In this document: positions 36,382 through 45,273 of the stretch, one piece after another | Layout of the letters: each line of letters opens with the position of its first letter | Numbering within the stretch: the stretch's first letter is position 1 | Source: an uncultured Acidimicrobiaceae bacterium | GTDB lineage: Bacteria; Actinomycetota; Acidimicrobiia; Spongiisociales; ZC4RG35 | DNA: 51,501 nt | Direction: 5' to 3' | Assembly (NCBI GenBank): GCA_964454615.1 | Contig: CAYVTP010000004.1 | Location: 1 to 51,501, forward strand | Notes under the pieces: generated by a model | Seen by the model: only the letters and a program-made list of their open reading frames with translations | Told to the model about the DNA's origin: nothing | Database searches by the model: none | Made by a program: the position numbers and the translations under genes

Positions 36382-37622
36382 CGATCCAGGTCGCCTTCGG
36401 TGAAGGGACCGACAGCGCCGATCACCCTCTCTGAACTCCCGTAGAGATCAGCAGCCACCCTCTGGACCTGATCGAGGTCTATGGCATCGAGACGGGCCAG
36501 CCTCTCGTCGACGGACAGGTGCGGCATCCCCGAGAGCTCGTCACGGCCAAGCTTGATCATCCTGGAGTTGGCGTCCTCGAGGGCGAGGGCCATACCACCA
36601 CGCATAGAGCCCTTGGCGCGCTCCAGCTCCTCCTCGGTGATCCCTTCGGCAACAGCCTTGGCGAGCTCCTCGCGGATGATCGCCATGCAGGTCTCTGTCT
36701 GCGACGGCGTGGTCCCGACGTACACACCCCAGGCGCCGTTGTCTGCGAAGGCCAGCCGGAACCCGTAGACCGCGTAGGCCAGGCCACGCTCTTCCCTGAT
36801 CTCCCGGAAGAGCCGTGATGACATGCCCCCGCCCATGATGTGGTTGAGGACCTCGAATGCCCACCTCCTGTCATCGGAGCGGTCGAGCCCCGGGCCACCG
36901 ATGATCACGTGGGCCTGCTCAGTGTCGCGGCGGGTCACCTTGACGCCGCTGGCAGGTGTGATTCGGCCGTGGTCGTGAGGCACCGGATCGCCGTCCCACT
37001 CCCCAAACCGCTCGTGGACCATCTGGACGAACTGCGAGTGGTCGACCGAGCCGGCAGCGGCCACCACCATCGATCCCGCTCCATAACGTCGTTTCCAGTA
37101 GCCGTCGATGTCGTCCCGCGACATGCCTCTTATCGACTCCCTGGTACCCAGCACGGGGGCCTCGAGGCTGTGCCCGGCGAAGAACGAGGTAGTGAAGTTC
37201 TCGAAAGCGACGTCGTCGGGATCGTCCTCCGACATGTTGATCTCCTCGATCACAACGTGACGCTCGGCGTCTATCTCGTGTGGCCGGAAGGCGGGGCGCT
37301 GGATGATCTCGGAGAGTATGTCGAGCCCGGTGGGCACCTCCTGATCGAGGAGCCGGGACCAGTAACAGGTGGCCTCCTTGGAAGTGAAGGCGTTCGACTC
37401 GGCGCCTATGGCGTCGAAGGTCTCCGAGACATCGCGCGCCGACAGAGCCTCCGAGCCCTTGAACAGGAGATGCTCGAGGAAGTGGGATACGCCGGCCTCG
37501 TTCCCGTTCTCGTCGCGTGTCCCGGTGTCGACCCAACACCCCATCGCCACGGATCGCAGCGACGGCATGGTCTCGGTGATGACCCGGAGGCCATTGGGAA
37601 GGGTGGTCAGGTCATAGTGCAC
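36363..37622 (-). CDS. M16 family (pitrilysin/insulinase-like) zinc metallopeptidase
   Basis: LPNGLRVITE and the inverted zinc motif HFLEHLLFKG. GTG at 37622 is preferred because it leaves room for a divergent promoter. The track start at 37682 is an alternative. Confidence 0.85.
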   Translation of the reverse strand: MHYDLTTLPNGLRVITETMPSLRSVAMGCWVDTGTRDENGNEAGVSHFLEHLLFKGSEALSARDVSETFDAIGAESNAFTSKEATCYWSRLLDQEVPTGLDILSEIIQRPAFRPHEIDAERHVVIEEINMSEDDPDDVAFENFTTSFFAGHSLEAPVLGTRESIRGMSRDDIDGYWKRRYGAGSMVVAAAGSVDHSQFVQMVHERFGEWDGDPVPHDHGRITPASGVKVTRRDTEQAHVIIGGPGLDRSDDRRWAFEVLNHIMGGGMSSRLFREIREERGLAYAVYGFRLAFADNGAWGVYVGTTPSQTETCMAIIREELAKAVAEGITEEELERAKGSMRGGMALALEDANSRMIKLGRDELSGMPHLSVDERLARLDAIDLDQVQRVAADLYGSSERVIGAVGPFTEGDLDRYLDAG

Positions 37623-37684
37623 GGATGGGAGGGTATATGCGGCCCGGTCGCAAACCCCAATACCCCGATGGCGGTTTGACACGG

Positions 37685-39787
37685 ATGAGACAATTACCGG
37701 TCATGCGCGGACGCGACCAGACATTCCTCAGCGAGATGATCAGCCCGAAAGACCAGGCCATCGAGGCCGTGGTCAGCCGATATCAAAGGGTATCCCCCGC
37801 CGTCACCCGCCTCGCCAGGAGCCTCTCGTCCAACCCCAACCTCCGGGTCCGCCTCGGATCCGAAGCCTCGGCGTCCGACGACGAGGTGGTGTGCGACCCT
37901 CGAATCTTCCAATCGGCTTACCTCCGCAACGCTCCGGTGACACCGGACGAGGTCGCTCTGGCGTCGGCCCTGCACGAGGTGATGCATCTGGTCTCCACCA
38001 ACCTCGACGGGCCAAGGGAGCTGCCCGCGGATTGGCCCGTGGGAGACGACCGGCCCCCGGCCGGGACCGAGGTGGACCTGCTCACCGCTCTCGAGCTGAC
38101 CGGGCGCCCGGTGGCCGAGGTGCTCTTCTTCAGCCTCGAAGACGCCCGCCAGGAGGCCCAGTGTATGGCCGCCTACCCCGGCGCCAGGTCCGTGCTGTCA
38201 GACCTATACCTGTCGTCATTGGGTCAGGCCATCTCCAAGTCCGGCGCTCTCAGCCAATTCGTCCTCGGTTGTTTCCTGCTAACCGGCAGTTACGTCGAGC
38301 GCGATGTCCTGGAACGCCGCTTCGAGTCGCCCGCCGCACTCGCACTCGACGACGCCACCGATCACATACAGGATGCCTCAGGGTCGGACGACCCCTGGTA
38401 CGTGGCTCGCCTCGCCCTGGAACTGGAGGCCATCGCAAGGGCCCACGGCCTGGTCACCGAGGTGCCCGAGAACGCCTCGGCGCAGCAGAGGAAGGCGGCG
38501 GACCTGAAGGACACTCAGGACGCTGCTTCCGGGGTCGATGCGGTGAGGCTGGTCTCGCCGATAGTCCAGGACTCGGAGTCGTACCAGGACACCCGGCGGT
38601 CGTCCCAGGCACGGTCCGGTGAGTCGGAGAGAAAGGGGCCGTCCGACCTCGCCGGGGAGGAGTCGACCGAGCAGCTGCTCCGGGTCAGCCAGGCGCCCGA
38701 CGTGTTCCTGCCCAGCGGTCAGAGCGGAAAGCTGATCGTTGCACCGATTCCGAGCTCGTTCGCCACTTTCGCCGGAGCCGGCCGGGAGTCCCTGGTCCAT
38801 GCGGCTCGCTCCTGGGACATCGCCCAGCGCAGGGTCTCCGGGGAGCTCTACCCACTGTTCGCCGCCAACCAGCGGAGGGGCCTGCGATCCGGGTACGACC
38901 AGGGTGACGTGTCACCCCACGCCGCCCTGTTCATCGGTGCGGGCCTCTACCAGCGGCTGTACGAGAGGCGTGCGGCCAGAACACGTCGTCGGTATGCGGT
39001 CTCACTCCTGGTCGACGCATCCGCTTCGATGCTCAGCCCCGGTCGGGGCCAGGGCACCGGCACATCGTGGGCCATGTCGTCGGCAATGTTCGGGGCATGG
39101 ACCATGGCCCTGCTTTGCGACGAGCTCCAGATCGACTTCGAGATCGCCCTCTTCAACAGAGGCTTTGCCGCTCGCACCACGGACACCGAGTCCTCTTACC
39201 GACGGGCCCGGACGGCGGCAACGTCCGGCTTGCGTCAAACCCAGGGGGCTGCAGCCGACCGTCTCATCACCACCGTCAACCACTACCTGGTCAAACCCTT
39301 CGACCGCCGCTGGAGAGACTCCAGCGACACCCTCGCCGGCCTGTTCTTCACCGCTGCCGAGCCCCGGAGGGCCGCCGCCATGGCCCGTCGGGCCCCGGAC
39401 ACCGCGCCACCGATCTCCCTGTTCGAAAAGGCGGCCAACGTCGACGAGCTCAACCTGGCCCACGCTTCGGAACGGATGGGCCGGATGGGGGCCGACGTCC
39501 GTTTGCTCATGGTGCTCGCCGACGGGATGACCCGGGGATCGGTCGACGCCCTGACCCAGACCGTGGCGACCGTCGAAGCGGGAGGCGCGATGGTGATCGG
39601 GATCGGGATCGGCGACCACACCGTGGATGTGGCATACAACCGGCACCAGGTGGTGCAGCGCCCCGACCAGCTGGCCCGGGCGATGATCGACGGGACCCGA
39701 GATGCGCTGCGTCGCAGCCTCAGCCTGTCCGGTGTGGACACCTGGTGGTTGCGAGCGGCCGAGAGCAAGGAGAGACAAGTTGCCTGA
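37685..39787 (+). CDS. CobT-like von Willebrand factor A (vWA) domain protein with an N-terminal HEXXH motif
   Basis: The C-terminal vWA domain has the MIDAS motif LLVDASASM (39014..39028). The N-terminal half is CobT-like (VLFFSLEDARQEAQCMAAYPGARSVL). HEVMH lies at 37973..37987. The start is uncertain (37685, 37703 or 37736). Confidence 0.7.
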   Translation: MRQLPVMRGRDQTFLSEMISPKDQAIEAVVSRYQRVSPAVTRLARSLSSNPNLRVRLGSEASASDDEVVCDPRIFQSAYLRNAPVTPDEVALASALHEVMHLVSTNLDGPRELPADWPVGDDRPPAGTEVDLLTALELTGRPVAEVLFFSLEDARQEAQCMAAYPGARSVLSDLYLSSLGQAISKSGALSQFVLGCFLLTGSYVERDVLERRFESPAALALDDATDHIQDASGSDDPWYVARLALELEAIARAHGLVTEVPENASAQQRKAADLKDTQDAASGVDAVRLVSPIVQDSESYQDTRRSSQARSGESERKGPSDLAGEESTEQLLRVSQAPDVFLPSGQSGKLIVAPIPSSFATFAGAGRESLVHAARSWDIAQRRVSGELYPLFAANQRRGLRSGYDQGDVSPHAALFIGAGLYQRLYERRAARTRRRYAVSLLVDASASMLSPGRGQGTGTSWAMSSAMFGAWTMALLCDELQIDFEIALFNRGFAARTTDTESSYRRARTAATSGLRQTQGAAADRLITTVNHYLVKPFDRRWRDSSDTLAGLFFTAAEPRRAAAMARRAPDTAPPISLFEKAANVDELNLAHASERMGRMGADVRLLMVLADGMTRGSVDALTQTVATVEAGGAMVIGIGIGDHTVDVAYNRHQVVQRPDQLARAMIDGTRDALRRSLSLSGVDTWWLRAAESKERQVA

Positions 39788-40775
39788 GACAGTGACATTC
39801 GAGGACCCAACGGGCGAGAGGGCGCCCATCGAGCTGGAGACCTTCGAGCTCGACGAGGGACTCGCCGACCGCGAGCTCCGGTTGCGCAAGATCCCCGAGC
39901 CGGACCCCCACTACGTCGACCTCGGGATGCTCTACCGCTTCGCCCAGCTCGAGGCGGTCCGACGCTCCGGTGCGGATGGGCTGGTCCCCCTCCACGTCGC
40001 GGTGCGGGGCCACATGGGAACCGGCAAGGACCACGACATCGAGCAGTTCGCTGCTGCCATGAGACTTCCCTACTTCCGTATCCCCCTCACCGGCGAGGTA
40101 CGTGATGTGACCCTTATCGGGTCGACGCGCCTCCACGGCGACGGCAAGGGAGGGACCGAGAGCAAGTGGGAGGACGGCGACATAACCCGTGCCCTCAGAG
40201 GCCCATCGTTGCTCAACCTGTCGGAGCTGAACGCCGCCGGGGCGGAGACCCTCTTCGCCCTCCACGGACTGCTCGACCGCTATTCCGCTCTCGACCTCCC
40301 TACCGGTGAGACCGTGGCGTTGCGGCACGATGTTCGGATCTTCGGGACGATGAACCCCACCGACATAAGGGACTATGCCGGCACGCAAACCCTGAACAAG
40401 GCATTCGCCGACCGCTGGGTCATATGGGAGAAGCTCTTCCCCGGAGAAGACCAAGTTCGCGCCATGATCCAGCGGCGATACCCCACGATGCGGGACGAGT
40501 ACGTCGAGGCGGTCACCCGGCTCAGCGTCGAGATCAATGCATCCTTCGAGGCCTCAGACAGTGGTGTCCGGGTGGAGACGCCGCTGTCCCTGAGGTCCGT
40601 CCTCGACCGAATGCCCACTGGCCTGATGGTGCACGCCGCTGACAGCGACCCTCTGAGGCGGACGTGGGAGGAGTTCGTGCTCCCCCAAGTAGACAGCTTC
40701 GACCGCGACCACTACGAGACGGTCTGGAATGCGGTGGTCAGAAAGGGACCTTCGAGCCGGCCCTTCCCCGCGTGA
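39780..40775 (+). CDS. CobS-like AAA+ ATPase (MoxR/AAA_5 class) with substituted Walker motifs
   Basis: PDPHYVD..., GHMGTGKDHDIEQFAAAMRLPYFRI, VRIFGTMNP and YAGTQTLNKAFADRW are collinear with CobS as I recall it, and the 331-aa length matches. The TTG start at 39780 is preceded by AAGGAG 7 nt upstream and overlaps the vWA gene end by 8 nt. Confidence 0.75.
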   Translation: MPETVTFEDPTGERAPIELETFELDEGLADRELRLRKIPEPDPHYVDLGMLYRFAQLEAVRRSGADGLVPLHVAVRGHMGTGKDHDIEQFAAAMRLPYFRIPLTGEVRDVTLIGSTRLHGDGKGGTESKWEDGDITRALRGPSLLNLSELNAAGAETLFALHGLLDRYSALDLPTGETVALRHDVRIFGTMNPTDIRDYAGTQTLNKAFADRWVIWEKLFPGEDQVRAMIQRRYPTMRDEYVEAVTRLSVEINASFEASDSGVRVETPLSLRSVLDRMPTGLMVHAADSDPLRRTWEEFVLPQVDSFDRDHYETVWNAVVRKGPSSRPFPA

Positions 40776-40788
40776 TACCTTCACCTCC

Positions 40789-41871
40789 ATGACCTACGAG
40801 ATGGGCAACCCGGACATCGACGCCCGGATCCGGGAGCTGGTCGCCGACGCATCAGACAACCCGCACGATGACCTGATCACAGAACTGATCACCACGGCGC
40901 TTCGGCTCCATCGTGACAACCCGACCAGGGGGGACCTACGGCTGATCAACACCGCTCTCAAGGAGATGAGGTACTCGAACCTGGTCTTCTCCCGCCACGA
41001 TGAGCCCAAGGTGACCATTTACGGCTCGGCCCGTCTCCACGAAGACGACCCCAACTACAAGGTGGCCGAGGAGTTCGCCCGGAGGATGACCGAGCACGGC
41101 TGGGGCGTCATAACCGGGGCCGGACCGGGCATCATGGAGGCCGGGAACAGGGGCGCCGGAAAGGACCACTCCTACGGGGTCAACATCCGGCTCCCCTTCG
41201 AGGCCTCCGCCAACCGATACATCGACCCCTCACGCACGGTCAACTTCAAGTACTTCTTCACCAGGAAGCTGGCCTTCGTCAAAGAGTCCCACGCCTTCGT
41301 GATCTGCCCCGGTGGGTGGGGGACCCTCGACGAGGCCTTCGAGCTTCTCACCCTCACCCAGACCGGAAAGAGCGACCTCCACCCCATGGTCCTCCTCGAG
41401 GCCGAAGGGACCGGGTACTGGGATCCCCTCATCCACTTCATCGAGGGGACCCAGCTCCGCGCCGGGCTGATAACCGATTCGGATCTGTCCCTGTACCACC
41501 ACACCACGGACGTCGAGGGGGCATGCGATCACATCACCCAGTTCTACAGCAACTACCACTCGCAGAGGTATGCGGCAGGGCGTTTGATTCTCCGCCTCCG
41601 CCAGGCCCCGGACCCCGAGCAGCTCGTCGTGCTGTCAGAGGACTTCGCCGACATCCTGGTCGACGGAACCATCGACATGACCGAGCCGACTGCCGGGGAG
41701 ATCGCCGACGGGGACGCTCTCCACCATCAGCGGGTGTCACTGCACTTCGACCGGCGACACTTCGGGCGTCTCCGACAGCTCATCGACCGGCTCAACGAGA
41801 TGGCGAGCCTTCCCGACACCACCGAGATCCCCCCTCCTCTCAGCGACGAAATGGCGGACCGACCCTGGTGA
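40789..41871 (+). CDS. LOG family (TIGR00730 / PpnN-like nucleotide 5'-monophosphate nucleosidase) protein, long form
   Basis: VTIYGSAR, ITGAGPGIMEAGNRGA and ICPGGWGTLDEAFE (PGGxGTxxE), plus N- and C-terminal extensions. About 360 aa. Confidence 0.75.
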   Translation: MTYEMGNPDIDARIRELVADASDNPHDDLITELITTALRLHRDNPTRGDLRLINTALKEMRYSNLVFSRHDEPKVTIYGSARLHEDDPNYKVAEEFARRMTEHGWGVITGAGPGIMEAGNRGAGKDHSYGVNIRLPFEASANRYIDPSRTVNFKYFFTRKLAFVKESHAFVICPGGWGTLDEAFELLTLTQTGKSDLHPMVLLEAEGTGYWDPLIHFIEGTQLRAGLITDSDLSLYHHTTDVEGACDHITQFYSNYHSQRYAAGRLILRLRQAPDPEQLVVLSEDFADILVDGTIDMTEPTAGEIADGDALHHQRVSLHFDRRHFGRLRQLIDRLNEMASLPDTTEIPPPLSDEMADRPW

Positions 41872-41937
41872 CACCACCGGGCGGCCCGGCCCGGCCCCCC
41901 GGAGTAGTACCTCCGATTTCACTACTACAATCGTGGT

Positions 41938-42669
41938 GTGCGTGACATCCTGTCCGATCTGGTCGCGGAGCAGCAGTTTCTGGACCAGTCGCTTCAGCGA
42001 ATCCCGATCAAGGTCTGGGACCTGCCCACACCCAACAAGCCGTGGACGGTCCGGGACACCATCGCCCACCTCGCCGATTTCGAGGAGCTAGGCGCCAACG
42101 CTATCAACGGAGGCGAGCGGGTCCGAGAGTGGCAGAAGGCGCCCAACCTGGAGGCGATGAAGAAGCAGGCGATCAAGCGCGGCCGCTCGATGCGGCCCCA
42201 GGATGTGATCGAGTGGTGGCGCGGAGGCCGGGCCAAGGTGGTGGAGCCCCTCTCGCACATGAACTCCGAGGATCGTGTTCCGTGGATCGCCGGCGACATG
42301 AGCGCCCGGACCTTCGCCACCTTCCGGCTCATGGAGACCTGGATGCACGGCCTCGACATCTACAAGACCCTCGGCATCGAGGTAGAGGACACCCAGCGCA
42401 TCCGGCACATCTGCTGGCTCGGTTGGAAGACCCTCCCCTACGCCTTCAAACAGGCCGGTGAGCACTACGAGCCGGTGAAGGTGGAGGTGATCGGCCCGGG
42501 GTACGCCAAGTGGATCTACGGACCCGAGGACACCGACCAGCTGATAAAGGGATCGGCGTCGGACTGGGCCCGTGTGGTGGTCCACCGTGCCAACCTCTCC
42601 CAAGTCCGCCTCCAGGCGACCGGTGACTACGCGCAGACCGCGCTGAAGGTAGCCAAGGCCTACCTTTGA
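41938..42669 (+). CDS. Maleylpyruvate isomerase-family / DinB-fold mycothiol-dependent enzyme (TIGR03084-like)
   Basis: WTVRDTIAHLADFEE and the N-terminal DinB-like helices, 243 aa, GTG start. Confidence 0.65.
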   Translation: MRDILSDLVAEQQFLDQSLQRIPIKVWDLPTPNKPWTVRDTIAHLADFEELGANAINGGERVREWQKAPNLEAMKKQAIKRGRSMRPQDVIEWWRGGRAKVVEPLSHMNSEDRVPWIAGDMSARTFATFRLMETWMHGLDIYKTLGIEVEDTQRIRHICWLGWKTLPYAFKQAGEHYEPVKVEVIGPGYAKWIYGPEDTDQLIKGSASDWARVVVHRANLSQVRLQATGDYAQTALKVAKAYL

Positions 42670-43454
42670 GCGGCATCCCCCGCCTGGTGGGGATGGTTCA
42701 CCTTCCGCCCCTGCCCGGGGCTCCGGGTCATGCCGGAATGGCGGCTGTTCTCGCCTCCGCCCTGGAGGATGCGGCAAGGCTGACCGAGGCGGGGTTCCCG
42801 GCCCTCATGATCGAGAACTACGGCGACACTCCCTTCTACCCGAGAGAAGTACCCGCCGAGACCGTGGCCGGCATGGCCGCGGTGGTACAGGCGGTGGCCC
42901 GGGACACCGAGCTGGTGCTCGGGATCAACGTCCTGCGCAACGACGCCGACGCCGCGCTGGCGGTGGCCACGGCAACCGGCGCCTCCTTCGTCCGGGTGAA
43001 CGTCCTCTCCGGCACGATGTACACCGATCAGGGGCCGATCGTGGGAGATGCCGCAGCAGTGATGCGCAAGAGGGCCGCCATTTGCCCTGATGTGGAAGTC
43101 TGGGCCGACGTCATGGTCAAACACGCCACCCCGCCCCCCGGAGCCGACCTCGGACGAATGGCAGCCGACCTGGTGCAGCGGGCCCGCTCCGATGCGGTGA
43201 TCGTCTCGGGCGCGGGGACCGGTTCCGCACCGCATCTCGCCCGGATCTCCACGGTCCGGGACGCCGTGGGAGACCTCGCCCGAGTGGTCATCGGCTCGGG
43301 AGCCACCGTCGACAACCTGGTCGAGCTGCTCGGCGTCGCCGACTCCGTGATCGTCGGCTCGTCGCTGAAACACGAAGGTGACGCCTCCAACCCGGTCGAC
43401 CCCGCCCGGGCGGTCGCTTTCGTCGCAGCCGCGACCCAGGCCGGGCTGGTCTAG
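42666..43454 (+). CDS. BtpA/SgcQ family TIM-barrel protein
   Basis: LVGMVHLPPLPGAPGH...FPALMIENYGDTPF. The TTG start forms a TTGA overlap with the upstream stop. Confidence 0.7.
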   Translation: MSGIPRLVGMVHLPPLPGAPGHAGMAAVLASALEDAARLTEAGFPALMIENYGDTPFYPREVPAETVAGMAAVVQAVARDTELVLGINVLRNDADAALAVATATGASFVRVNVLSGTMYTDQGPIVGDAAAVMRKRAAICPDVEVWADVMVKHATPPPGADLGRMAADLVQRARSDAVIVSGAGTGSAPHLARISTVRDAVGDLARVVIGSGATVDNLVELLGVADSVIVGSSLKHEGDASNPVDPARAVAFVAAATQAGLV

Positions 43455-43506
43455 CCCCCTGCCTCGGGCAGAGTCCAGCCGGAACGCGCCTTCTGCCTTT
43501 GGGACG

Positions 43507-44148
43507 ATGGACCCATACCGGGATCGGCCTTTTCTGCCGAGACTCTCCTTACCCAACAGGGATGAGGACATGCGGGAACTCCCGAAGGACATCCTGATCG
43601 AGGTCATGGAGGACGTCATCGAGGACCTCCACGGCCATGTGCATCGCGTCGCCGACCTCGCTGTCGACCTCGGAACCGGGCTCGGCCTGCGCGAAGACGA
43701 CCTGGAACGGCTCAGACTCGCCGGCATCCTTCACGATGTAGGGAAGATCCACCTCGACCCGGCGATCCTGGGCAAGCCCGGGCCCCTCCGGCCCGACGAG
43801 CTCGAGCTGATGAGACGGCACCCCGAGCTCGGGTTCGCCATGACCCGCAACCGGCTCGACTCCAAGGTCTCAGAGGCGATCCTCTACCACCACGAGCGTT
43901 ACGACGGGAGGGGCTACCCCTTCGGACTGTCAGGCGAGGAGATCCCGATCCTCAGCCGAATCGTCCTCGTATCGGACGCCTTCGACGCGATGACCTCCAC
44001 CCGGGCCTACCAACCCGCCCTCCCCGTGGACTACGCCGTGGAGGAGATCCGGGGCAACGCCGGCTCCCAGTTCGACCCCCAGGTAGTCGAAGTCTTCCTC
44101 GGCCTCGCCGTCGAGCTTCGGCTGCCGGCTGTCGAACTCATCGCCTGA
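43507..44148 (+). CDS. HD-GYP domain phosphohydrolase (stand-alone)
   Basis: GILHDVGK and HHERYDGRGYP motifs. The ATG at 43507 is chosen, but the start is uncertain. Confidence 0.8.
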   Translation: MDPYRDRPFLPRLSLPNRDEDMRELPKDILIEVMEDVIEDLHGHVHRVADLAVDLGTGLGLREDDLERLRLAGILHDVGKIHLDPAILGKPGPLRPDELELMRRHPELGFAMTRNRLDSKVSEAILYHHERYDGRGYPFGLSGEEIPILSRIVLVSDAFDAMTSTRAYQPALPVDYAVEEIRGNAGSQFDPQVVEVFLGLAVELRLPAVELIA

Positions 44149-44193
44149 CGTTCGACCGCGGATCCGGGCAGGGCCCGATCTACGATCCTCCTG

Positions 44194-45273
44194 GTGGGGT
44201 TAGCCATCCTCCTCGTCGCCGTAGGGATGATCTTGCTGATCATCTCTGCCGAGTACCTGATCCGGAGCTCGGTGGTGATAGCCACCGCCTTCGGTGTGAC
44301 TCCCCTCGTCGTGGGACTCACCGTTGTCGCCTTCGGAAGTAGCGCCCCGGAGATGGCACTCAGCGTCTGGGCCGCAGTGGTCGGAACCGGAGGCGAAGTC
44401 GCCACCGGCAATATCGTCGGCTCGAGCGTCGCCAACATCCTCCTGATTCTCGGCATCACCGCCGTGGTCGGGGCCCTCGCCGTGCATCACCGGCTGGTTC
44501 GCTTCGAGGTCCCGGTGTTGGTGGTGGTCACAGGTTGGGTGTGGTGGGCGGCGTCCGATGGCAGCATTTCTCCAGGGGAGGGTGCCGTCCTGGTGACCGC
44601 ACTGCTCGCCTACATCGTCCTCGCCTACCGGGTGGGACGTGCCGAGAAGCGGGCTCTCGTCCCCGCCCGGTTGATGAGGAGGCAGCAGGAGGAGACCAAG
44701 GGCAAGCTGGGCCGGAACCTGGGGATCCTGGTGGTGTCCGTCCTCGGGCTGGTAGCGGGCACCCGGCTCACCGTCGACGGGGCCACAGACCTCGCCGCCG
44801 GGCTCGGGGTGACCGACCTGCTCATCGGGTTGACCATTGTCGCTGTGGGCACATCGCTTCCCGAGCTGGTCACCTCGGTGGTGGCGGTCCGTCGAGGTCG
44901 GGCCGACATCGCCGTGGGCAACGTCCTCGGCTCCAACCTGTTCAACCTGATGGGAGTGTTCGGCGTCGCCGCACTGGTCGGCAATGGAGTCGACATCCCG
45001 GCGGCGGTCATTGCCATCGATTTCCCGGTCGCCTTTCTGGCAACCGTGATCGCCCTCCCCGTCCTGGTCAGCGGTCTGCTCATCGAGAGGTGGGAGGGCG
45101 GAATGATGCTCGGCCTCTACCTGGCGTACGTTGCCCTGCTCATCATCGACGCCACCGCAAGTCCTGCCGCCGCCGACAGCCGCGTCGCCCTCTTCGCTCT
45201 CATGGCGGCTGCGGCCCTGATCATGTTCGCAGTGGCCGTCCTCCAGAGACGGCGAGGACCTCTCAGCCCTTAG
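44194..45273 (+). CDS. Ca2+/Na+ antiporter (CaCA family, YrbG-like)
   Basis: Two alpha-repeats, GNIVGSSVANILLILG and GNVLGSNLFNLMGVFG, and about 10 transmembrane segments. Confidence 0.88.
   Translation: MGLAILLVAVGMILLIISAEYLIRSSVVIATAFGVTPLVVGLTVVAFGSSAPEMALSVWAAVVGTGGEVATGNIVGSSVANILLILGITAVVGALAVHHRLVRFEVPVLVVVTGWVWWAASDGSISPGEGAVLVTALLAYIVLAYRVGRAEKRALVPARLMRRQQEETKGKLGRNLGILVVSVLGLVAGTRLTVDGATDLAAGLGVTDLLIGLTIVAVGTSLPELVTSVVAVRRGRADIAVGNVLGSNLFNLMGVFGVAALVGNGVDIPAAVIAIDFPVAFLATVIALPVLVSGLLIERWEGGMMLGLYLAYVALLIIDATASPAAADSRVALFALMAAAALIMFAVAVLQRRRGPLSP

Noticed and set aside
37685-40775. Calling the vWA/AAA+ pair a bona fide cobaltochelatase (cobT/cobS), or a magnesium chelatase linked to the nearby heme operon
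   Set aside because: No CobN/BchH-type large subunit and no corrin or chlorophyll genes occur in the window, and the Walker motifs are substituted. Gene symbols are therefore withheld.
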